DNA of 64,000 nucleotides from a virus (taxonomy: Duplodnaviria > Caudoviricetes): IMG/VR virus record IMGVR_UViG_2926528486_000004, positions 885-64,884 of that record; one strand, written 5' to 3'. How positions within the stretch are numbered: the first letter of the stretch is position 1; each line of letters begins with the position of its first letter. Below, in pieces: positions 36,730 through 44,874 of the stretch. A program made the translations under genes and the position numbers. A model generated the notes under the pieces. It saw only the letters and a program-made list of their open reading frames with translations, had not been told where the DNA came from and made no database searches.

Positions 36730-37266
36730 TCATTTCGCCCCTCTTTCGATTATTTTTACGTCAACTTGCTGGCGTCCGAACTGTATTGCATCACCGTGAC
36801 TTCCGATTAAATAGTCGAGCTTCCTACCGCGAATAGCTCCGCCCGTATCCAGCGAAATGGCTCGCTCGGTTCTGCCGTCAGCAAAGCGTAGCTCGACGAT
36901 TGACCATAACGGGACGACTGACGGATCGGTTGCAATAACCCTCATGCCGTCATGATGCGTCTTGTTGCGTACATCAATGCCGACGCGCGTGATACCCGAG
37001 CAACCTTCGGCACAATCCGCTATATAAGCGCTAGCGTCAAACGGTTGCCATGCCGTTTCGTTCAAGCGTTTAATTTCGGCTGATAGGCGCTCATTCTTGG
37101 AGCGTAATTCTTCGTTGGCTTGCGCTGATACTTCCACCTGCTGACGCCATAATTGAGCGTTCGGTGCCCATCTTTTTGCTATCTCTTCTGAAGTAATAGA
37201 CGGTATTTCATGGGATATAATAGTTTGAGATATTAGTATAGATGCAAAAAAACTGATAACAGTCAC
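36730..37266 (-). CDS. 3D-domain (MltA-like) cell-wall protein
   Basis: ASAY..C..GC.GIT, IATDPSVVPL, LDTGGAIRGRKLD, FGRQ. Confidence 0.85.
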   Translation of the reverse strand: MTVISFFASILISQTIISHEIPSITSEEIAKRWAPNAQLWRQQVEVSAQANEELRSKNERLSAEIKRLNETAWQPFDASAYIADCAEGCSGITRVGIDVRNKTHHDGMRVIATDPSVVPLWSIVELRFADGRTERAISLDTGGAIRGRKLDYLIGSHGDAIQFGRQQVDVKIIERGAK

Positions 37267-37288
37267 ACTCCTAAATCTATAAAGTTGT

Positions 37289-37957
37289 TTAGCCGTAATA
37301 CTTTATTTCAGCTATTTTTCTTGCCTCTGCTGCTTTTTCTAGCTCGTCGAAGTACCCTAGGTGAATCACTTTCTTATCTACTTGAATATACGCCCGCCAT
37401 TTATTTCGGGACTTATGTCGCGTAACACCCGTAATTCCACTAGTTGTATTTTCTCTTTGCCGTTTGTTATGGTTTTGAATACCTCTCGTAGCCCACCTAA
37501 CGTTATCTAAAGTGTAATCACAATTAGGGTTAATTCGATCTAACGTAGTGTTTTCTTCCCCAAACATCTCAACATGTTCTTTATAGGAATCAAATAAGTC
37601 CTCTTTAAAATGATCGAAAGAATCCCATCTCTCGCAAACTTTAATGCCCCTACCTCCATAAAGCGAGTATCCGGTATCTTTATTGTTATAGCACCTTGTT
37701 TTCATGCCTCCCCATATGTGGTAGAATCTCGTTCCATGCATACCGTGCTTTGTTGCTCTTTCTTTTCTCGTTTCCAAACATAAGCAACCGCAAGACTTTG
37801 TGGCCCCACTTCTAACAGCATCACCATTAACCTCTACCTGATTTCCGCAATCACAGATACAAGTAAAATAGGCTCTATTTCTTTTTCCATCATTCTTGTA
37901 CAGACAGTCAGTTATTTTTAGTCTTCCTAACTTACGTCCTATAAAATCTTTATACAA
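37289..37957 (-). CDS. Free-standing HNH homing endonuclease with AP2 domain
   Basis: CICDCG, KSCGC, YGGRGIKVC, TLDRIN..Y...NVRWAT, TSGITGV...KWRAYI...HLGYF; AT-rich; directly after thyX. Confidence 0.85.
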   Translation of the reverse strand: MYKDFIGRKLGRLKITDCLYKNDGKRNRAYFTCICDCGNQVEVNGDAVRSGATKSCGCLCLETRKERATKHGMHGTRFYHIWGGMKTRCYNNKDTGYSLYGGRGIKVCERWDSFDHFKEDLFDSYKEHVEMFGEENTTLDRINPNCDYTLDNVRWATRGIQNHNKRQRENTTSGITGVTRHKSRNKWRAYIQVDKKVIHLGYFDELEKAAEARKIAEIKYYG

Positions 37958-37961
37958 AGTA

Positions 37962-38735
37962 TCACCCCTCGAAGAATTGTCGCGTCCATGGTTCTGCATT
38001 GATAACCGCCTCTTTTAGTTCCTCCGCCAGCTTGGCGATTTCAACTTGTGCGCCGTTTCCTGCTTTCCTTTTCGCGTAAAATTCGAGCAAGGCGCGAAGG
38101 TTAGCCGTCATTACGAGATTAGTAGCCGCAGCGTTCGGTAGGACAGCGCGTGCATCTTCGGATGGAACGCCAGCTTTCCGTAAGTCATCGTATACTTGCT
38201 GCGATATAGCCATCGCTTGATTGAAAAGGGTTTCCGCACTATATTCGCCATCACTGTCCGACATCTTGCATCGTTTACCTTCAACGCTTTCCGGAACAAC
38301 GTAATCAAATCCACCCGACTTATCGCCACTGCCGAATCTGACATACCGTTGTGACTGAACGCTAAAGCTAAAGCCGACGCGATGTCGTGTAAGTTGCGCC
38401 AGTAGAGCACGGCTTACGCCTTCAATCGCGAAAGTGAACGATAAATGCTCCAGCGTAGAAGTGTGACGGCTGCGGACAATGTGGCGGAACAGACGATCAG
38501 CTTCCGAGCCGCCTTCGCCATCCGTCGCTTTGTTGCCGAAATACTTTGCGCCTTCTTTCGCTACAATTTCGCTTGGCTTGCCAGGACTGTAGCACGTGCG
38601 AATGGCGGTTAGGGCGACCGCTTGGCCGTCTGATACTTTTTCAGTTACATACTCGTCCATGTCCGGAGTTAAACGGTATATGTGGTCGCAGAAGTCCTCG
38701 CTTAATTGCGTATGTGCTATTAATTTAACGTTCAT
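37962..38735 (-). CDS. thyX: FAD-dependent thymidylate synthase
   Basis: HTSTLEH, QLTRHRVGFSFSVQSQRY, EDARAVLP, NLRAL. Confidence 0.95.
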   Translation of the reverse strand: MNVKLIAHTQLSEDFCDHIYRLTPDMDEYVTEKVSDGQAVALTAIRTCYSPGKPSEIVAKEGAKYFGNKATDGEGGSEADRLFRHIVRSRHTSTLEHLSFTFAIEGVSRALLAQLTRHRVGFSFSVQSQRYVRFGSGDKSGGFDYVVPESVEGKRCKMSDSDGEYSAETLFNQAMAISQQVYDDLRKAGVPSEDARAVLPNAAATNLVMTANLRALLEFYAKRKAGNGAQVEIAKLAEELKEAVINAEPWTRQFFEG

Positions 38736-38914
38736 TCCATTTCCTCCTTAATCGGATCACTTTCCGCCAATAACACTCCCTCTTTACTCCAATATTGGGT
38801 AACCTCCCGCAGTACTGTATCAACGCCATTACCTCGAATCGATACCGTCTCGATTACTTCGATAATACGAGCGCGTCTAGTTGTTTCCGGCTCAACTGGC
38901 TTTCGATTGTTCAT
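38732..38914 (-). CDS. Hypothetical phage protein
   Basis: VIET...RG.G....REVTQYWS.EG.LLAE.DP family pattern. Confidence 0.6.
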   Translation of the reverse strand: MNNRKPVEPETTRRARIIEVIETVSIRGNGVDTVLREVTQYWSKEGVLLAESDPIKEEME

Positions 38915-39441
38915 TCCGCACTCACCCCGCTACTCCCGAAGCCACCTACGCCTCTTGCTGTCTCGCCCAACGTTTCAACTTCGGTAAATTGCGCTCTTGA
39001 TACGGGCGCGATTACCGCTTGAGCTATGCGATCACCTTTGCGGATGATATAGCCTCCGCCTTCTTTGATATTATTTGTACCGCAGTAATACCTTCCGTCA
39101 ATGCCGTATATAACATAGAAATCCTCTATCGTAGGTATATCGAATAAGTCAGCGAAATTTGCGGTATTATCGACAATCACGCCTACTTCTCCGCGGAAAT
39201 GACTATCGACCGTGCCGAGTTGAACGCGTAGCTTCGTTTTAAGCGTAATCCCTGAGCGCGGACGAATCATCATTTCGTAGCCGTCCGGTAACTCAAACGC
39301 CAAGCCCGTCTTGACTAGCGCTGTCTCGCCCGGCTCGATAATGACGTCCTCTATCGCGACTAGGTCGACGCCAGCATCGCCTTCGTGCGCATATTTCGGC
39401 ATTTCCGCATCCTCGTGCAATTTCTTTATATTAACGTTCAT
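38911..39441 (-). CDS. dut: Trimeric dUTPase
   Basis: AGVDL, RPRSG, GTVDSHFRGE, DRIAQ, RGVGGFGSSG motifs I-V. Confidence 0.95.
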   Translation of the reverse strand: MNVNIKKLHEDAEMPKYAHEGDAGVDLVAIEDVIIEPGETALVKTGLAFELPDGYEMMIRPRSGITLKTKLRVQLGTVDSHFRGEVGVIVDNTANFADLFDIPTIEDFYVIYGIDGRYYCGTNNIKEGGGYIIRKGDRIAQAVIAPVSRAQFTEVETLGETARGVGGFGSSGVSAE

Positions 39442-39485
39442 ATAAACGCCTCCTTCATGATATAATCTATTTCGGGTGATACAAC

Positions 39486-39644
39486 ATGAACTACGATACC
39501 AACAAGATTTACGACATTAGCGAATACCCTGACGTCAAAAGTGGTCGCTGCGACAATTGCGACAGTAGCCACTTTAAGTCGAAAATAGGTGACGGGAAAT
39601 TCCTTCGCGAATGTCGTAAGTGTGGTATGAAGAAGCTGATTTAA
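39486..39644 (+). CDS. 52-aa zinc-finger microprotein on the opposite strand (not in ORF track)
   Basis: MNYDTNKIYDISEYPDVKSGRCDNCDSSHFKSKIGDGKFLRECRKCGMKKLI*; GGGTGA RBS, TATAAT upstream. Confidence 0.65.
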   Translation: MNYDTNKIYDISEYPDVKSGRCDNCDSSHFKSKIGDGKFLRECRKCGMKKLI

Positions 39645-39979
39645 CGGTCGGCTTCTTTTTTGCGCAGCGTGTAAAGCTCACCTTGATTGCTGACGATCTC
39701 ATAGCCCGAGTTGTACACTTCGTTAAAGTCCATGATTTTCGCTTTGTATGTTACCTCAGGCCCACTCTTAAAACCGAGGAATATTCCTATCGAAAAGAAG
39801 ATTAATAACACCGAGGCTGCTGTCGTCATTACGAAGTCAGTTGTTGTTCGACTTTCTCCCGTGATAATTAACGTTGCTCCCCCTACCGTAGTAAACATCA
39901 TTAGTAAAACAAGTAACGAAAGTATTACCGTAGCTACGATAAATCCTCCCCAATGTGTAGTCGTCGCTAATATTTCCAC
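39641..39979 (-). CDS. Membrane protein
   Basis: Two TM segments. Confidence 0.6.
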   Translation of the reverse strand: MEILATTTHWGGFIVATVILSLLVLLMMFTTVGGATLIITGESRTTTDFVMTTAASVLLIFFSIGIFLGFKSGPEVTYKAKIMDFNEVYNSGYEIVSNQGELYTLRKKEADR

Positions 39980-39990
39980 GCCATCCCTCC

Positions 39991-42255
39991 TTATCTAATC
40001 GGACAAACTCCGCCTTCACATCCGCCCATTCCGTCAAGGTCGCCGTCTTCGCCCGTCTCAAATCGCTGCAATATCGACGGATCAAACTCGGCTAATTTTG
40101 CGACCATTTCTTCGTAGCGCTCTTTCGTAATTGCTTCGTATGGCGCTAATCGGTAAGTCCCTCCATCATATGCGAGGAATGATACGCCAACAAAATCGTC
40201 CCATCCGTCATATACGATATCCTGCGCTTTGCCCCATTCGTCAGGTCGGACGTGAATCGTATTGCTCGAATTATGCTCGGTATAATGACGCTGGAATCGG
40301 AAATACGTATCGAATTGCTCCGGCACATATACGTCATCTTTCGTCTTTGTTGCGCCGCTGGCTATAGGAAACTCGATGACTAGCGTTCTAGCTTGCGCAA
40401 TGATTTCCGGCTTCGCTAGTTCAGCCTCATCGTTATGACCCGCCGTGCCAACTTCCGCGAATACCGGCCAGCCAATCGATTGCACCGCCTTCGCTAACGG
40501 ATCGGCAGCGTTAATTCTGATGCGGCGAATATAATATGGCGAATGCGACCAGTGAAGTCCGCTTGATACGCCGCCGGCTACTTGCGAGATTGTGCCTTCC
40601 GGCTTAACTGTCGTTACTAGCAACGGACTGCTGACGCGTAGTTCTTTCGCATAGTTGTCGGCTTCTTTGCGTGCGATAATTTTAAGAGTTTGCAATAATG
40701 CTTTTTCGTAATCTAGAGGCGCCTGCCAAACATCCGGGATATTAACCATAGCGAGAGCATCTTTTACGCCGGTCAGCGATGTGCCGAGTAGTCTATCCCG
40801 CTGCTGGATTGCATTCCAGTGAGGTAGTTCGAGTTCCGCCAATGTCATTCGTAATCCTGCACGTGCCGATAACCTTTGCGCTTCTTTTAGCTTTTCAACA
40901 TTAAGATTGCCGTCCTCCACAAAACCGGCCATGTTAACCGTCGTTAAATTACATACGCCGTAGCTATCGAGTATAATTTCGACGCATGGATTTAAGCCCT
41001 CTGCGTTAGGGCGCCTTCTTCGCGCTTCCTCAAGGTTAACGAAGCCCGGTTCGCCTTCCATCTGCATCATTTCGAATACTAAATCGAGCATTGCTTCGCT
41101 TGGCTTTTCCGTAAACGCAATCGAGTTATTCGACATACGGCGATGATGTAACGGACGCGCATTCGGGTCATTTATCGGCAAGCTTTCTAGCATTCTCACA
41201 ATATCGCGAAGCCCTAGCGCTCTTACCTTTTCGATAATCTTGCGGTGCTGTTGCTCATTCCATACGCCGTTGATGCCGTACTTTGCGAAAATAGATTCGT
41301 AATCATCCGCGTCCATAAGGAATATTTCGGCTGTCCTGCGTACGCCTCCGACAACTACGTTATTGCCGATTAGGTTCCCGATGTCGAGAATGTGGACCGG
41401 ACGGACTTTCGAGTAAATACCGTCGATAGTTTCCAGCACGTCAAGATTCGGGTCAATTTCGTTTTTTAATACGCGCTCAATTCCTTCGAACATTTCCATT
41501 AATGGCTCAGGCCCTGACGCAGTGCCTCCGAATGTATTCAAGCGCTCGCCATTCGGACGGACTGAATCGTAATTTATGATGATTTGCGTATAATCATCGC
41601 TACCTTTATCTGTCAATATTGCGAAGAAATAACGTAGTGCCTCGACCCAACCTTCCTTGGAATCTCCAACCACTATTTCGAGCGTTGTATCGCTAATTTC
41701 GCGAGTCTCTGTATGCTCAATGCGCTCATGCTTAGCGACCGGGTCGTATGACTCGTTATACAACGTAAAGTTCGTTCGTATTGGCGCAAGCTCTGCCGCA
41801 AACTCCTTCGTACATTTGAATCCGACGCCGGTACCTACTAGCAACAAATAAAACAAGTCGCCTAGGTCGCTCCAACTCCGGATATTTACGAAGCTACAGT
41901 TAAAATTTGCGAGTGGATATTTTTCCGCAACGCCCCCATCAGCTCCGCCCACCCAAAGTGTGCGACCCGACAAGAATTGGCGAAGGTTAAACATGCTATC
42001 GAACAACGCTTCGGCTTCTTTGCGAAAAGCATCGTAATCGACCGCATAGCCGATTTTCTCCATATGCTTGACGCCAAGCCCTACGTTATAGTCTGTCGCG
42101 CGTCTTACCGTTTCCTTCCACGTTTCACGTCGTCCCTTTTGCGGTAAGAAACGCGAATATGTGCGATAGTAGACGAAGGTGCCTAGCGCGTTCATGTGCG
42201 ATGGAAAGTCCGGGTATTTATCGATAAAGTCGTCCGTTAATAGCTTCGTAGTCAT
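39991..42255 (-). CDS. nrdJ: Class II (adenosylcobalamin-dependent) ribonucleotide reductase, monomeric RTPR type
   Basis: NFNCSF, GGVRRTAEI, NPCVEI, TVKPEGT, C-terminal CEGGVCPIR; no beta subunit gene. Confidence 0.92.
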   Translation of the reverse strand: MTTKLLTDDFIDKYPDFPSHMNALGTFVYYRTYSRFLPQKGRRETWKETVRRATDYNVGLGVKHMEKIGYAVDYDAFRKEAEALFDSMFNLRQFLSGRTLWVGGADGGVAEKYPLANFNCSFVNIRSWSDLGDLFYLLLVGTGVGFKCTKEFAAELAPIRTNFTLYNESYDPVAKHERIEHTETREISDTTLEIVVGDSKEGWVEALRYFFAILTDKGSDDYTQIIINYDSVRPNGERLNTFGGTASGPEPLMEMFEGIERVLKNEIDPNLDVLETIDGIYSKVRPVHILDIGNLIGNNVVVGGVRRTAEIFLMDADDYESIFAKYGINGVWNEQQHRKIIEKVRALGLRDIVRMLESLPINDPNARPLHHRRMSNNSIAFTEKPSEAMLDLVFEMMQMEGEPGFVNLEEARRRRPNAEGLNPCVEIILDSYGVCNLTTVNMAGFVEDGNLNVEKLKEAQRLSARAGLRMTLAELELPHWNAIQQRDRLLGTSLTGVKDALAMVNIPDVWQAPLDYEKALLQTLKIIARKEADNYAKELRVSSPLLVTTVKPEGTISQVAGGVSSGLHWSHSPYYIRRIRINAADPLAKAVQSIGWPVFAEVGTAGHNDEAELAKPEIIAQARTLVIEFPIASGATKTKDDVYVPEQFDTYFRFQRHYTEHNSSNTIHVRPDEWGKAQDIVYDGWDDFVGVSFLAYDGGTYRLAPYEAITKERYEEMVAKLAEFDPSILQRFETGEDGDLDGMGGCEGGVCPIR

Positions 42256-42458
42256 TCGTCAGCCTCCAAGTCTTTTAATATTTCCTTTATCTCCGCGATA
42301 CTTTTAACGACCTGTTCGCGTCTATTGTAGTGTTCCGTTAGTTTGTCGCGTTCCTTACGGAGAAAATAGTCGATGTCTTTTAGCTCCGCTTCGTTGTGCT
42401 CGAGTAGCTTGCGGTATGCTGGCGCTAGATTAGACATACGGTAATAGCACCCAGCCAA
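42252..42458 (-). CDS. Hypothetical coiled-coil protein
   Basis: ORF track; true start probably MSNLAP. Confidence 0.5.
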   Translation of the reverse strand: MAGCYYRMSNLAPAYRKLLEHNEAELKDIDYFLRKERDKLTEHYNRREQVVKSIAEIKEILKDLEADE

Positions 42459-42717
42459 TAAATAGATAGATTAATAAAGCAACGCCATACACCGTCGAAT
42501 GAAATATTATTTTATTTAACGGAAGATCGTCCGCGTCATCAAAAGTTCTTTTAGAACGGAGTACGTTTACTGTAAATATCAGGACAAACGACTGCATAAG
42601 TGTTATCGTCGTTACTCCGAAGATTTGCGACGGGTACCAGTTATATAACTTCATAACTACGAACGCTTTAAATAACGATAGTATTATCGTCACTACAATA
42701 CTTACTAAATACTTCAT
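42430..42717 (-). CDS. Membrane protein
   Basis: Three hydrophobic segments; AGGAGG RBS. Confidence 0.6.
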   Translation of the reverse strand: MKYLVSIVVTIILSLFKAFVVMKLYNWYPSQIFGVTTITLMQSFVLIFTVNVLRSKRTFDDADDLPLNKIIFHSTVYGVALLIYLFIGWVLLPYV

Positions 42718-42729
42718 TATTCTGCCTCC

Positions 42730-43170
42730 TTATTTTCCGCCACCGAACGCGTCGAGGATTTCTTTAATTGCGTAGTATTCCGGATTAATTAGTGTGAGGA
42801 TACCGCTATATATACAGAGAGTTCCAAACAGCGCCGTTAATAATAAGAAAGGAACTATTATCATGTGAGCAAATCCGTCAGTTCTATCTATAAGCTCATA
42901 TACTTTTGCGTAAATATTCGAAGGAACTTCCGCTTTTAGATAGCCGTCGCCAACCGTCTTGTATTTAGGATTTAGGTAAGCTCCAATAACAAGCGTTAGT
43001 GTAACAATGAAAAGTATTAACATAAGGACGCCGACTATAGTTTCAGCCACTCCTTCTGTAAATTTCTGCTGCACCATAAGACCGTAAACATGCTCGGCAG
43101 CTACGCCAAGATTCGCAGCAATCGCGTCAATGTATTCCGTTGCTTTTGAGAAAATTTCCTCTTTCATCAT
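42730..43170 (-). CDS. Membrane protein
   Basis: LGVAAEHVY...INPEYYAIKEIL conserved phage family pattern, 2 TM. Confidence 0.65.
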   Translation of the reverse strand: MMKEEIFSKATEYIDAIAANLGVAAEHVYGLMVQQKFTEGVAETIVGVLMLILFIVTLTLVIGAYLNPKYKTVGDGYLKAEVPSNIYAKVYELIDRTDGFAHMIIVPFLLLTALFGTLCIYSGILTLINPEYYAIKEILDAFGGGK

Positions 43171-43664
43171 TCCGCCCCCTTAATAATTCCGTTTTTAATT
43201 AGATACGCAAGTCCTATCGCAGCAGCATCGCTAGCATCGTTACTCTTAAACTTGTAATCTTCCGTAAGCCCCAGCAAGCGTCGAACGCCCGCCTCAACTT
43301 CGTCCTTTGTTGCCGTACCTTTTCCGCCAACTATTCGCTTGACTTCCGTCGGCGTTATCTCGCCATCGACTGCGTATCCGTATTTGCCTAACGCGCTATC
43401 AATCATCGACCAGCTACCGAATACGAGCTGTGTGGCGCGCTTGCTTCCGCCCTTCGTGAAATGTTCGCGAATCGTCAGGTCGAATGGTCCGTGTTCGTGA
43501 ATCGCCTTAACTGCGAAAGCTTCAACGTAGGCATATCGTTCCGAATCGCTATTGTCCGTGCTAGTTTTTATGGAATCGGCGATGATTAGCGAAGGCGCTC
43601 CGCCTTTTACTTCGAGGACGGCTACGCCTGGACTTGCGCTAATGTCGAACGCTAGGATTCTCAT
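43167..43664 (-). CDS. RuvC-like Holliday junction resolvase
   Basis: ILAFDIS, IREH, PTEVK..VGGKG.ATKDEV, DASDAAAI. Confidence 0.85.
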   Translation of the reverse strand: MRILAFDISASPGVAVLEVKGGAPSLIIADSIKTSTDNSDSERYAYVEAFAVKAIHEHGPFDLTIREHFTKGGSKRATQLVFGSWSMIDSALGKYGYAVDGEITPTEVKRIVGGKGTATKDEVEAGVRRLLGLTEDYKFKSNDASDAAAIGLAYLIKNGIIKGAE

Positions 43665-43924
43665 TCGTACACCTCTTTGTATGTGTACGCCTCAACGTCT
43701 GAACGGCTAATAGCAAATACGCAATCTCCGTCGTAACAGTATACTTCCAAGAAATTAGCTTCGTTGGTATCGTTTAATCCTTCGCGAATTTTCGTAAGTC
43801 CGCTTTTGTCCACTTTAGCGAAATGTGAGCCATCGCCCACAAAAAGTTTTATTTCGTACATCATTTCGCCTCCCTTGCATCCTTGATAAACTCGAATGCT
43901 TCGTAATATTGTTGCTTCTTCCAT
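43661..43924 (-). CDS. Hypothetical protein
   Basis: ORF track; true start probably MMYEIK. Confidence 0.5.
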   Translation of the reverse strand: MEEATILRSIRVYQGCKGGEMMYEIKLFVGDGSHFAKVDKSGLTKIREGLNDTNEANFLEVYCYDGDCVFAISRSDVEAYTYKEVYE

Positions 43925-44874
43925 GCAGGTAAATTTGATCGCTGTGCTCGTCTAACTTGTGCTTTCAATATCTCGAATTCCTCATCCGTAAAATCTTTGG
44001 CGATTACCGTCTTATAGTCGTTATATTTCCATCCGTCAAGGTCAATCGCCGGCGGCGTTTTAGTTCGCCATGCCTTCGTCACTCTTGCGAATTTATCTAG
44101 CAAAGAGATACGCGCCTCTCTCGGTATAAATCTTCCGTAAATTTTATTGCGACTAAACTCGTACTCCCAATCCGCGCCGTAAGTCAGATGATATAAAACC
44201 AGCGTATAGTCCAAGTCATACATTTCGTTGTACACATGCGTTTGCAATTCGTGATCCCTCTTCGGCTCTGCTTGCTCCTTAAAATCCGTATAACTTTTCT
44301 GAAACGATTTAACCTCAAGTCCTACGCGTAATATTTCGCCATCGTCCGTAATGTACTCAAGGATCCCGTCAGGCAATCCGTTTAAGCCGAACTTCTCACC
44401 GTTATGTTCAACTTCGTGAATCTTCTTCACGAAATGTTCAAACGCTGGCTCATTACGTTTAGTTCGCTCGAACTTAAACCGCGGCTTCTTGCCGGTCAGT
44501 TTTTCGAAATGTCGCTCGGCAAGCATTATCTCGCGCTGAATGTAGCCACCAACTTGCGATCCAAGTCCAGTCCAATCTCGTTGATTACGGTTGGGCGGAC
44601 GACCTTCTTCGGCTTTCCTTCCGTAAACAGCCTTCGAATAGAGTTGTCGCTCATCTTTACCGGCAGAACTTGGCGCGAATGTAGGTCGAGGTGTTCCGTC
44701 CGGTGCCGTTTTCCAATTGAAGTAACCCCATTTCGATTGCTCGCGTAAAACTCTCGCGTATTGTTCATAAAATTCAGCGTCCATCGCGTCATCGTACGGT
44801 TGAGGATATCGGTGAAATTCGTCCATATATTCCGCAAAATCTTGCGCTATTTGTTCGGCTAGTTGTTGACTCAA
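43861..44874 (-). CDS. PD-(D/E)XK exonuclease (Cas4/RecB-like)
   Basis: PSSAG, GLPDGIL...LEVKS...HELQ..Y. Confidence 0.75.
   Translation of the reverse strand: MSQQLAEQIAQDFAEYMDEFHRYPQPYDDAMDAEFYEQYARVLREQSKWGYFNWKTAPDGTPRPTFAPSSAGKDERQLYSKAVYGRKAEEGRPPNRNQRDWTGLGSQVGGYIQREIMLAERHFEKLTGKKPRFKFERTKRNEPAFEHFVKKIHEVEHNGEKFGLNGLPDGILEYITDDGEILRVGLEVKSFQKSYTDFKEQAEPKRDHELQTHVYNEMYDLDYTLVLYHLTYGADWEYEFSRNKIYGRFIPREARISLLDKFARVTKAWRTKTPPAIDLDGWKYNDYKTVIAKDFTDEEFEILKAQVRRAQRSNLPAWKKQQYYEAFEFIKDAREAK

Noticed and set aside
43861-44874. Cas4 as evidence of a CRISPR system
   Set aside because: Stand-alone PD-(D/E)XK exonuclease in a replication operon, common in phages
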